This document shows positions 50,547 through 59,167 of a stretch of DNA of 64,000 nt, piece by piece. This DNA comes from Escherichia coli (lineage in GTDB: Bacteria; Pseudomonadota; Gammaproteobacteria; Enterobacterales; Enterobacteriaceae). Position numbers and translations under genes: made by a program. Within the stretch, counting starts at the first letter, position 1, and every line of letters begins with the position of its first letter. The stretch lies in the NCBI RefSeq assembly GCF_003334785.1, contig NZ_QOWV01000005.1; one strand, given 5' to 3'. The notes below the pieces were generated by a model. That model worked only from the letters and a program-made list of their open reading frames with translations, was not told the origin of the DNA and did not search any database.

Positions 50547-50652
50547 AGGTCTCTAGTAATTGAAATAATAAATAACATGGAAAGCAGAGGTGTTGTGTGA
50601 GAGTAATCACGCTTCTGCTTTTTAAAATTATTTGACAATACGAATATCACAC

Positions 50653-50668
50653 TGTGATTACGATCACA
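50653..50668. promoter_or_regulatory. Consensus CRP site in the yqcE/ygcW divergent control region
   Basis: TGTGATTACGATCACA is a perfect TGTGA-N6-TCACA. Confidence 0.65.
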
Positions 50669-50721
50669 TTAGCAGTTATGCCCTTATGCTAAAAATTATC
50701 TCCAGTTACCAGAGATAATGA

Positions 50722-50768
50722 GAAAGGTAACTTCCCTCTCGCGGGGGAAGTTACCTTTCTTTTTTTTT
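50722..50768 (+). terminator. Strong intrinsic terminator in the ygcW 5' leader, 25 nt before the start codon
   Basis: GAAAGGTAACTTCCC-TCTCGCGG-GGGAAGTTACCTTTC (perfect 15-bp stem) followed by T9. Confidence 0.7.
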
Positions 50769-50792
50769 GCCTTACGGAAATTGGAGCTAACT

Positions 50793-51578
50793 ATGTCAAT
50801 CGAATCTCTCAATGCGTTCTCAATGGATTTTTTCTCCCTGAAAGGTAAAACCGCAATTGTTACCGGTGGGAATAGCGGTTTAGGCCAGGCATTTGCCATG
50901 GCGTTGGCCAAAGCTGGCGCAAATATCTTTATTCCTAGTTTCGTCAAAGATAACGGCGAAACAAAGGAAATGATTGAAAAACAGGGTGTTGAGGTGGACT
51001 TCATGCAGGTGGATATCACCGCAGAAGGCGCGCCGCAGAAGATTATCGCTGCTTGCTGTGAGCGTTTCGGTACAGTTGATATTCTGGTTAACAATGCCGG
51101 TATTTGTAAGCTGAATAAGGTGCTGGACTTCGGTCGTGCCGACTGGGATCCGATGATTGATGTGAACCTGACCGCCGCATTCGAGTTAAGCTATGAAGCT
51201 GCAAAAATTATGATCCCGCAGAAAAGCGGCAAAATTATTAATATCTGTTCATTGTTCTCTTACTTAGGTGGACAATGGTCACCTGCATATTCTGCCACTA
51301 AACATGCTCTTGCCGGGTTCACCAAAGCTTATTGTGATGAACTAGGTCAATATAATATTCAGGTAAATGGTATCGCCCCTGGCTATTATGCAACAGATAT
51401 TACGCTGGCGACACGCAGTAATCCAGAAACCAATCAGCGCGTTCTTGATCATATTCCGGCAAACCGTTGGGGCGATACTCAGGATTTAATGGGCGCAGCC
51501 GTATTCCTCGCAAGTCCGGCATCGAATTATGTCAACGGGCATTTATTAGTGGTTGATGGCGGTTATTTAGTGCGCTAA
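50793..51578 (+). CDS. ygcW: Short-chain dehydrogenase/reductase (KduD-like) YgcW
   Basis: ORF from 50718; ATG at 50793 with GGAG RBS gives MSIESLNAF… and 261 aa; TGGNSGLG Rossmann motif. Confidence 0.8.
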   Translation: MSIESLNAFSMDFFSLKGKTAIVTGGNSGLGQAFAMALAKAGANIFIPSFVKDNGETKEMIEKQGVEVDFMQVDITAEGAPQKIIAACCERFGTVDILVNNAGICKLNKVLDFGRADWDPMIDVNLTAAFELSYEAAKIMIPQKSGKIINICSLFSYLGGQWSPAYSATKHALAGFTKAYCDELGQYNIQVNGIAPGYYATDITLATRSNPETNQRVLDHIPANRWGDTQDLMGAAVFLASPASNYVNGHLLVVDGGYLVR

Positions 51579-51647
51579 CCCATAACGGTGGTTTCTGTTT
51601 TCTCTTATTAATGATTATTCCATTTTTATTATCAGGAAGGAATTACT

Positions 51648-53102
51648 ATGTCTTTATCTCGCGCAGCGATTGTCGACCAGCTAAAGGAAATTGTTGGTGC
51701 AGATCGCGTAATTACCGATGAAACAGTATTAAAGAAAAACAGTATTGACCGTTTTCGTAAATTTCCGGATATTCATGGCATTTATACTTTGCCGATTCCG
51801 GCAGCGGTCGTAAAACTCGGTTCCACAGAGCAAGTATCCCGTGTGCTGAATTTTATGAATGCGCACAAAATTAACGGTGTGCCGCGTACCGGTGCTTCCG
51901 CCACCGAAGGTGGGCTGGAAACTGTTGTAGAAAACTCGGTGGTGCTCGACGGCTCCGCCATGAATCAAATCATTAATATTGATATTGAGAATATGCAGGC
52001 GACGGCGCAATGTGGTGTTCCGCTGGAAGTGCTGGAAAACGCGTTGCGTGAAAAAGGTTACACCACGGGGCATTCTCCGCAGTCAAAGCCGCTGGCGCAG
52101 ATGGGCGGCCTGGTAGCAACCCGAAGTATCGGGCAGTTCTCCACACTCTACGGCGCAATCGAAGATATGGTCGTTGGTCTGGAAGCAGTATTGGCTGATG
52201 GCACCGTCACACGCATTAAAAACGTGCCACGCCGCGCGGCTGGCCCGGACATTCGTCACATCATCATCGGCAACGAAGGTGCATTGTGCTATATCACTGA
52301 AGTAACAGTGAAAATCTTTAAATTCACCCCGGAAAACAACCTCTTCTACGGCTATATCCTGGAAGACATGAAAACCGGCTTCAACATCCTGCGTGAAATC
52401 ATGGTGGAAGGGTATCGTCCGTCAATCGCTCGTTTGTATGACGCTGAAGATGGCACCCAACACTTCACCCATTTTGCCGACGGAAAATGCGTGCTGATCT
52501 TTATGGCTGAAGGTAACCCTCGCATTGCGAAGGTGACGGGCGAAGGGATTGCGGAAATCGTTGCCCGCTACCCGCAATGCCAGCGCGTGGACAGCAAGCT
52601 GATCGAAACCTGGTTTAACAACCTGAACTGGGGACCGGATAAAGTGGCTGCCGAACGTGTGCAGATCCTCAAAACCGGCAACATGGGCTTTACCACCGAA
52701 GTATCCGGCTGCTGGAGCTGCATCCACGAAATCTACGAAAGCGTTATTAACCGTATTCGTACTGAGTTCCCGCACGCCGACGACATCACCATGCTGGGCG
52801 GTCATTCCTCTCATAGCTATCAGAACGGCACCAACATGTACTTCGTCTACGATTACAACGTCGTTGACTGTAAGCCGGAAGAGGAAATCGACAAGTACCA
52901 CAATCCGCTCAACAAGATCATCTGTGAAGAAACCATTCGCCTCGGCGGTTCGATGGTGCACCACCACGGTATCGGTAAACATCGCGTTCACTGGAGCAAA
53001 CTGGAACACGGCAGCGCGTGGGCGTTGCTGGAAGGGCTGAAAAAGCAGTTCGATCCTAATGGCATTATGAATACGGGTACTATCTATCCGATTGAAAAAT
53101 AA
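51648..53102 (+). CDS. ygcU: FAD-linked oxidase (FAD-binding PCMH-type) YgcU
   Basis: 484 aa; FAD-binding type-4 oxidase architecture. Confidence 0.8.
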   Translation: MSLSRAAIVDQLKEIVGADRVITDETVLKKNSIDRFRKFPDIHGIYTLPIPAAVVKLGSTEQVSRVLNFMNAHKINGVPRTGASATEGGLETVVENSVVLDGSAMNQIINIDIENMQATAQCGVPLEVLENALREKGYTTGHSPQSKPLAQMGGLVATRSIGQFSTLYGAIEDMVVGLEAVLADGTVTRIKNVPRRAAGPDIRHIIIGNEGALCYITEVTVKIFKFTPENNLFYGYILEDMKTGFNILREIMVEGYRPSIARLYDAEDGTQHFTHFADGKCVLIFMAEGNPRIAKVTGEGIAEIVARYPQCQRVDSKLIETWFNNLNWGPDKVAAERVQILKTGNMGFTTEVSGCWSCIHEIYESVINRIRTEFPHADDITMLGGHSSHSYQNGTNMYFVYDYNVVDCKPEEEIDKYHNPLNKIICEETIRLGGSMVHHHGIGKHRVHWSKLEHGSAWALLEGLKKQFDPNGIMNTGTIYPIEK

Positions 53103-53143
53103 TGTGTCAGGCAGCGTTCCGCGATGACGGGGCGTTGCCTTTT

Positions 53144-53173
53144 CGGCTTCTCAGGCGAGAAGCCGTTCTTATT
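53144..53173 (+). terminator. Hairpin with weak U-tract between ygcU and ygcS
   Basis: CGGCTTCTC-AGGC-GAGAAGCCG followed by TTCTTATT. Confidence 0.45.
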
Positions 53174-53195
53174 ACCGGACAATGAAGGGGTAAAG

Positions 53196-54533
53196 ATGAA
53201 CACTTCACCGGTGCGAATGGATGATTTACCGCTTAACCGTTTTCACTGCCGCATTGCTGCGCTCACTTTCGGCGCACACCTGACCGACGGTTATGTTCTC
53301 GGCGTCATTGGTTACGCCATTATTCAGCTTACGCCCGCCATGCAACTGACGCCGTTTATGGCGGGAATGATCGGCGGCTCGGCGCTCCTTGGTTTGTTCC
53401 TTGGCAGCCTGGTTCTTGGGTGGATCTCCGACCATATTGGTCGGCAAAAAATCTTCACCTTCAGCTTTTTGCTGATTACGCTTGCTTCGTTTTTACAATT
53501 TTTTGCCACCACGCCAGAGCATCTTATTGGACTGCGCATTTTGATTGGCATTGGTCTGGGAGGCGATTATTCAGTAGGTCACACCTTGCTGGCTGAATTT
53601 TCCCCGCGCCGCCATCGCGGTATTTTGCTGGGCGCATTCAGCGTGGTGTGGACCGTAGGCTATGTGCTGGCAAGTATTGCCGGACATCACTTTATTTCCG
53701 AAAACCCGGAGGCCTGGCGCTGGCTACTGGCATCGGCAGCTCTGCCCGCGTTGTTGATTACGTTATTACGCTGGGGAACGCCAGAATCACCACGCTGGCT
53801 ACTGCGCCAGGGGCGTTTTGCAGAAGCTCACGCTATCGTGCATCGCTATTTTGGTCCCCATGTTTTACTGGGCGATGAAGTGGTAACGGCGACCCATAAA
53901 CACATCAAAACCTTGTTCTCTTCGCGTTACTGGCGGCGCACGGCGTTTAACAGCGTCTTCTTTGTCTGCCTCGTAATCCCATGGTTTGTGATTTATACCT
54001 GGCTGCCAACTATCGCCCAGACTATTGGTCTGGAAGATGCGCTGACTGCCAGCCTGATGCTTAATGCGTTGTTAATTGTGGGCGCGCTGCTGGGATTAGT
54101 TCTGACGCACCTGCTGGCACATCGCAAATTTTTGCTGGGAAGTTTTTTGCTGCTGGCGGCAACGCTGGTAGTCATGGCCTGTTTGCCTTCCGGCAGTTCA
54201 TTAACGCTGCTGCTTTTTGTTCTCTTCAGCACCACCATTTCGGCAGTCAGTAATCTGGTGGGCATTTTGCCTGCGGAAAGTTTTCCTACTGACATTCGCT
54301 CGCTGGGCGTCGGTTTTGCCACTGCCATGAGTCGACTTGGCGCGGCGGTAAGTACTGGCCTGCTGCCGTGGGTGCTGGCGCAGTGGGGAATGCAAGTCAC
54401 CTTATTGCTCCTGGCGACAGTGTTGTTGGTTGGTTTTGTTGTGACCTGGCTATGGGCACCAGAAACTAAAGCCCTCCCGCTGGTGGCGGCGGGAAATGTA
54501 GGAGGTGCGAATGAACATTCTGTTAGCGTTTAA
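53196..54533 (+). CDS. ygcS: MFS sugar-type transporter YgcS
   Basis: ORF from 53124; ATG at 53196 (MNTSPVRMDDLPLNRF) gives 445 aa. Confidence 0.8.
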   Translation: MNTSPVRMDDLPLNRFHCRIAALTFGAHLTDGYVLGVIGYAIIQLTPAMQLTPFMAGMIGGSALLGLFLGSLVLGWISDHIGRQKIFTFSFLLITLASFLQFFATTPEHLIGLRILIGIGLGGDYSVGHTLLAEFSPRRHRGILLGAFSVVWTVGYVLASIAGHHFISENPEAWRWLLASAALPALLITLLRWGTPESPRWLLRQGRFAEAHAIVHRYFGPHVLLGDEVVTATHKHIKTLFSSRYWRRTAFNSVFFVCLVIPWFVIYTWLPTIAQTIGLEDALTASLMLNALLIVGALLGLVLTHLLAHRKFLLGSFLLLAATLVVMACLPSGSSLTLLLFVLFSTTISAVSNLVGILPAESFPTDIRSLGVGFATAMSRLGAAVSTGLLPWVLAQWGMQVTLLLLATVLLVGFVVTWLWAPETKALPLVAAGNVGGANEHSVSV

Positions 54534-55290
54534 AGCCGAACCGGATGCCGGAATGCTGGCGGAAAAAGAGTGGCAGGCGGCGGCTCAGGGTAAAAGCGGA
54601 CCGGATATTTCGCTACTGCGAAGTTTACTCGGTGCTGATGAACAGGCCGCTGCCGCGCTGCTGTTGGCGCAGAGAAAAAACGGTACGCCGATGTCTTTAA
54701 CCGCGTTGAGCATGGGGGATGAACGGGCATTGCACTGGCTGCGCTATCTCATGGCTCTTGGGTTTGAGGAAGCTGTATTGCTGGAGACGGCGGCAGATCT
54801 GCGCTTTGCGCCGGAATTTGTCGCTCGCCATATTGCCGAATGGCAGCATCAGAATCCGCTGGATCTGATAATTACCGGCTGCCAAAGCAGCGAAGGGCAG
54901 AATGGGCAAACGCCATTTTTGCTGGCGGAAATGCTGGGCTGGCCCTGCTTCACCCAGGTGGAGCGTTTCACTCTCGACGCGCTGTTTATCACCCTCGAAC
55001 AGCGTACTGAACATGGGTTGCGTTGTTGCCGGGTTCGCTTGCCTGCGGTGATTGCCGTGCGTCAGTGCGGTGAAGTGGCCTTGCCAGTACCGGGAATGCG
55101 CCAGCGAATGGCTGCGGGGAAAGCAGAAATTATCCGTAAAACTGTTGCTGCCGAAATGCCAGCGATGCAGTGTCTGCAACTGGCAAGAGCAGAGCAACGA
55201 CGCGGAGCGACGCTGATTGATGGGCAAACGGTAGCAGAAAAAGCTCAAAAGCTATGGCAGGACTATTTACGCCAAAGGATGCAGCCATGA
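54511..55290 (+). CDS. ygcR: Electron-transfer-flavoprotein beta-subunit-like (FixA-like) YgcR
   Basis: About 259 aa; overlaps the ygcS 3' end and the ygcQ 5' end. Confidence 0.75.
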   Translation: MNILLAFKAEPDAGMLAEKEWQAAAQGKSGPDISLLRSLLGADEQAAAALLLAQRKNGTPMSLTALSMGDERALHWLRYLMALGFEEAVLLETAADLRFAPEFVARHIAEWQHQNPLDLIITGCQSSEGQNGQTPFLLAEMLGWPCFTQVERFTLDALFITLEQRTEHGLRCCRVRLPAVIAVRQCGEVALPVPGMRQRMAAGKAEIIRKTVAAEMPAMQCLQLARAEQRRGATLIDGQTVAEKAQKLWQDYLRQRMQP

Positions 55291-56147
55291 ATATCGCAAT
55301 TGTGACAATAAATCAGGAGAATGCCGCAATAGCAAGCTGGCTGGCGGCGCAGGATTTCAGCGGTTGTACCCTGGCGCACTGGCAGATTGAACCTCAGCCT
55401 GTAGTGGCGGAACAGGTGCTGGATGCGTTGGTGGAACAGTGGCAGCGAACGCCTGCGGACGTTGTTCTCTTTCCGCCGGGAACGTTTGGCGATGAACTGT
55501 CGACCCGGCTGGCCTGGCGTTTACATGGTGCAAGCATCTGCCAGGTGACTTCGTTAGATATTCCAACCGTAAGCGTGCGCAAATCCCACTGGGGAAATGC
55601 GCTAACGGCGACGCTGCAAACAGAAAAACGCCCGCTATGCCTTTCCCTGGCGCGTCAGGCGGGAGCAGCGAAAAACGCCACGTTGCCCTCTGGAATGCAA
55701 CAACTGAACATTGTCCCGGGTGCGCTTCCGGACTGGCTGGTTAGCACAGAGGATCTGAAAAATGTTACCCGCGACCCATTAGCTGAGGCCAGACGGGTGC
55801 TGGTGGTGGGGCAGGGCGGAGAGGCAGATAACCAGGAAATCGCTATGCTGGCAGAAAAGCTGGGAGCCGAAGTGGGCTACAGTCGGGCGCGAGTGATGAA
55901 CGGTGGCGTTGATGCTGAAAAAGTGATTGGTATTTCCGGACATCTGCTGGCACCTGAGGTGTGTATTGTTGTTGGCGCTTCTGGCGCAGCAGCGTTAATG
56001 GCGGGCGTACGCAATAGCAAGTTTGTGGTGGCGATTAATCATGACGCCAGCGCTGCGGTATTTTCACAGGCAGATGTTGGCGTGGTTGATGACTGGAAAG
56101 TGGTGCTGGAGGCACTGGTGACAAACATTCACGCAGATTGCCAATAA
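55287..56147 (+). CDS. ygcQ: Electron-transfer-flavoprotein alpha-subunit-like (FixB-like) YgcQ
   Basis: ORF from 55254; ATG at 55287 (MNIAIVTINQ) overlaps the ygcR stop (ATGA); 286 aa. Confidence 0.75.
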   Translation: MNIAIVTINQENAAIASWLAAQDFSGCTLAHWQIEPQPVVAEQVLDALVEQWQRTPADVVLFPPGTFGDELSTRLAWRLHGASICQVTSLDIPTVSVRKSHWGNALTATLQTEKRPLCLSLARQAGAAKNATLPSGMQQLNIVPGALPDWLVSTEDLKNVTRDPLAEARRVLVVGQGGEADNQEIAMLAEKLGAEVGYSRARVMNGGVDAEKVIGISGHLLAPEVCIVVGASGAAALMAGVRNSKFVVAINHDASAAVFSQADVGVVDDWKVVLEALVTNIHADCQ

Positions 56148-56149
56148 CG

Positions 56150-56260
56150 TGTTGCCGGATGATCCTGCCTACGGTTCTGGCCTGGGGACTTGTAGGCCTG
56201 ATAAGACGCGTCAAGCGTCGCATCAGGCGCTGAATGTCGGATGTGGCGTGCGGCCTACAA
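56150..56260. repeat. REP/BIME cluster between convergent ygcQ and ygcP
   Basis: GTAGGCCTGATAAGACGCGTCAAGCGTCGCATCAGGC plus flanking GCCGGATG / GCGGCCTAC units. Confidence 0.7.
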
Positions 56261-56294
56261 ATCAAACCAAATTCAATTGGTTACGATTATCCCG

Positions 56295-56870
56295 TCAAAG
56301 TAATTTTTTCGCTAACGTCCAGACCCCGGTATTCGTGGTGGAAAGCGCCACGACACCCGCGTTAATCGCATTACGCGCATCTTCTTCATCGCACACCAGC
56401 CCACCGGCAATCAGCGGTTGGCGGATTTTCTCTGTCACCCAGCCCAGCACTTTGGGCATACAGCCTGGCAGGATCTCAATACAATCCGGATTCGATTGCG
56501 CAACTTGCTTATCAATGTTGTGAAACGAAATTGAATCAACAATAAACAGGCGATGAATACAGAAAAAACCTTCCGCTCTTGCCGCTTTCAACATTGAGGC
56601 TTTGGTACTGATAATGCCGTCCGCCTCGGTCACCAGTTTCAAAAACTGAATAACGACTTCTTTATTTGACGCGCCTTCCAGCAAATCAACATGAATAAAA
56701 GCATATTTCCCGGCGTTCTTAATCTTTTTAACGATATTACTGATGGTGCAGATATTGCCGTACAACACGGAAATAAATTGGCATTCAGAATCGATTGCCA
56801 GTTGCAGGCTGGCATTATCTTTAACGGCAGCAATCACCGGATTCTGGCGGAGCAGGTGTAAGAGGGGCAT
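56295..56870 (-). CDS. ygcP: GlpP-like putative RNA-binding transcription antiterminator YgcP
   Basis: 191 aa; GlpP-family assignment from memory. Confidence 0.75.
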   Translation of the reverse strand: MPLLHLLRQNPVIAAVKDNASLQLAIDSECQFISVLYGNICTISNIVKKIKNAGKYAFIHVDLLEGASNKEVVIQFLKLVTEADGIISTKASMLKAARAEGFFCIHRLFIVDSISFHNIDKQVAQSNPDCIEILPGCMPKVLGWVTEKIRQPLIAGGLVCDEEDARNAINAGVVALSTTNTGVWTLAKKLL

Positions 56871-56886
56871 AAATTATCCTTATTAT

Positions 56887-57147
56887 TTATCCAAAGCGGT
56901 AGGTGATGCCGAATCCGGAAGGCGGATAGCGCCACTGTTGTAGTGTTGATTCGTCGCACAGCAAACGGCAGGTGCCACACTCCAGGCAACTGCGATAGTC
57001 AATACGTAAGTTACCTTCCGGTGTGAGCGAAAAAAGACCTGCCGGACAGGCGTTAATCAACCGTTCTGCCGTCTGGCGCTCAACGGAGTCAGCCGGAACA
57101 ATGTGCGGCGCATCAGCAACGCGCCAGAGATTACGGGCTACAGACAT
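56887..57147 (-). CDS. ygcO: Ferredoxin-like protein (FixX-like) YgcO
   Basis: ORF to 57183; start MSVARNLW at 57147 gives 86 aa; CxxCxxC cluster (CLECGTCRLLC). Confidence 0.75.
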   Translation of the reverse strand: MSVARNLWRVADAPHIVPADSVERQTAERLINACPAGLFSLTPEGNLRIDYRSCLECGTCRLLCDESTLQQWRYPPSGFGITYRFG

Positions 57148-58409
57148 CGCAGACTCCTGATAACATCGCCCGCCAGATGCCACAGGCCGTGACGACGTAA
57201 ATGATGCCAGAATAACTGGCGCAGCGGTGGAACAGGTTTATCACCCTGATCCCATAAATCGCGGGAAATATCCTGCATTAACGCAGGCCACGTACGGTAC
57301 CATCCCGGGCGTTGCAAAAGCGCCGGAACATGCTGATAACGCTGTAGAACATCCCACAGCAGGCTGCGCTCTACGTTGTGATGATAAAGCGGAAACAGAT
57401 TTTGCGGCTCGCGGTGCTGGCAGGCGCTTATCAGCGTTTGTGCCGCCGCCTGCGCGCCAGTCAGCGCCATATCCATGCCGCGCACGGAAATTCCGGTATT
57501 GACGCAACTGCGCAACGCATCGCCCACCAGCAGCCAGCCGTTACCGGCGTATTGCACCGGCATACTGTGCAAGCCACCTTCTGGCACCAGATGCGCACCA
57601 TACTCCAGTGATTCCGTGTTTTTGATAAGCGGGCGCACTGCCGGATGCGCTTTAAAGCGAGTCAGCAGCTCGCTTGCCGGAACACGACTTTGCGTAAGGG
57701 AAGAGAGCGGGCAAACAATCCCTAACGAGAGCGTTTGTTGATTAGTATAAAGAAATGCGCCGCCGGGTAAGTCATCACAGATCCTGCCGCTGAACAGCAA
57801 CGCTGCGCCTTCGTTATTCTCCAGATGAAAACGTTCTTCAATAGCGGATGTTTCCAGCGACAGCACTTCTTTGATCCCCAACGCCATCGCTTCGCCAGCA
57901 GGACGAGCCACTAACCCGTGACGTTCAGCCAGGACGCTGTTGGCACCTTCTGCCAGCACCACATAACGGGCGCGGAGAATATCGTCACCACAAATAACGC
58001 CACAGACTCTGCCGTTTTCTTCATACAGTGCATCCACCGTCGCTCCGGGGATGCATTCGACACCTTCTTTTTCGGCTTCGGCAACCAGCCACGGATCGAA
58101 TCGTGCACGTAATACACTCCAGGATTCACCGCCGGGCTGTAAGCTGGAAAACGTCGTTACGCCATCGGGCGTTAACAGGGAAAGGCTTTCGTGAGTGATG
58201 CGTCGTTCAAGAGGCGCGGTCAGATGAAATTGCGGGAGGAGTTCCGCGAGTGCATGGGTATATAACCGCCCGCCGGAAAGATTTTTGCTGCCGGGGATTT
58301 CAGCGCGTTCCAGTAACAAAACGGATAAACCCGCTCGCGCGCAGCGTAACGCGCAAGCGGTGCCTGCAATACCGGCACCAATAATAATAATGTCGCAGTC
58401 GTCTTCCAT
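57138..58409 (-). CDS. ygcN: FAD-dependent oxidoreductase (FixC / ETF-quinone oxidoreductase-like) YgcN
   Basis: ORF to 58439; start MEDDCDIIIIGAGIAG (FAD-binding GxGxxG) at 58409 gives 423 aa. Confidence 0.8.
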   Translation of the reverse strand: MEDDCDIIIIGAGIAGTACALRCARAGLSVLLLERAEIPGSKNLSGGRLYTHALAELLPQFHLTAPLERRITHESLSLLTPDGVTTFSSLQPGGESWSVLRARFDPWLVAEAEKEGVECIPGATVDALYEENGRVCGVICGDDILRARYVVLAEGANSVLAERHGLVARPAGEAMALGIKEVLSLETSAIEERFHLENNEGAALLFSGRICDDLPGGAFLYTNQQTLSLGIVCPLSSLTQSRVPASELLTRFKAHPAVRPLIKNTESLEYGAHLVPEGGLHSMPVQYAGNGWLLVGDALRSCVNTGISVRGMDMALTGAQAAAQTLISACQHREPQNLFPLYHHNVERSLLWDVLQRYQHVPALLQRPGWYRTWPALMQDISRDLWDQGDKPVPPLRQLFWHHLRRHGLWHLAGDVIRSLRCL

Positions 58410-58486
58410 GTCATGCCCCAGATATCCAGAACACAACACCCTAACATAGCGTTACTTAAGGGAAATTGACCGCCGACACACTCTTA

Positions 58487-58852
58487 TCATTCGCCGCGAT
58501 AGATACAACCTGCGGTGCAGGTTTCTTTTACCATCACCGCACTTAACAGCGGCACAACGGGTTTAACCTGATCCCAAATCCATTTTGCTAAAACCTCGCT
58601 GGTTGGGTTTTCCAGACCTGGAATATCATTGAGATAATGGTGATCGAGGCGCTCGTAGGTTGGTTTAAACGCCGCTTTTAGTTCAGCGAAATCGATAATC
58701 CAGCCCGTATGCGGATCGACTTCCCCGGTAATTTCCAGTCGCACCATAAAGGAATGCCCGTGCAGGCGACCACATTTATGCCCTTCCGGGACGTGTGGTA
58801 AGCGGTGAGCGGCTTCGAAGGTGAAATCTTTAAATAACGTGGTGGACATCAT
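58487..58852 (-). CDS. queD: 6-carboxy-5,6,7,8-tetrahydropterin synthase
   Basis: ORF to 58936; start [18 protein letters not shown] at 58852 gives 121 aa. Confidence 0.85.
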   Translation of the reverse strand: MMSTTLFKDFTFEAAHRLPHVPEGHKCGRLHGHSFMVRLEITGEVDPHTGWIIDFAELKAAFKPTYERLDHHYLNDIPGLENPTSEVLAKWIWDQVKPVVPLLSAVMVKETCTAGCIYRGE

Positions 58853-59167
58853 AATTTCTCTACAGGACGATAAAACCGCCGTAGAGTACCGGAAAGGCTG
58901 TTTTTTCGCATTATCTAAAACGACTTTGTTGCGCAAAATCGCTGATTTATCTTAATGATTGGCTAAATTCATTTGTTTTTCATTAGGTTGGTTAATCTAT
59001 TTTGTTGTTAAAGACTATTGCTAAAACAGGTTAGTCGATTTGGTTATTAGTTATCGCTATCCCGTCTTTAATCCACACCGTTTGCCCCGTTAACCTTACC
59101 TTCTCTTCTGTTTTATGGGCGCTGACAGGGCGCAGAAACAGCTTTGCTTACTGGAACATAACGACGC

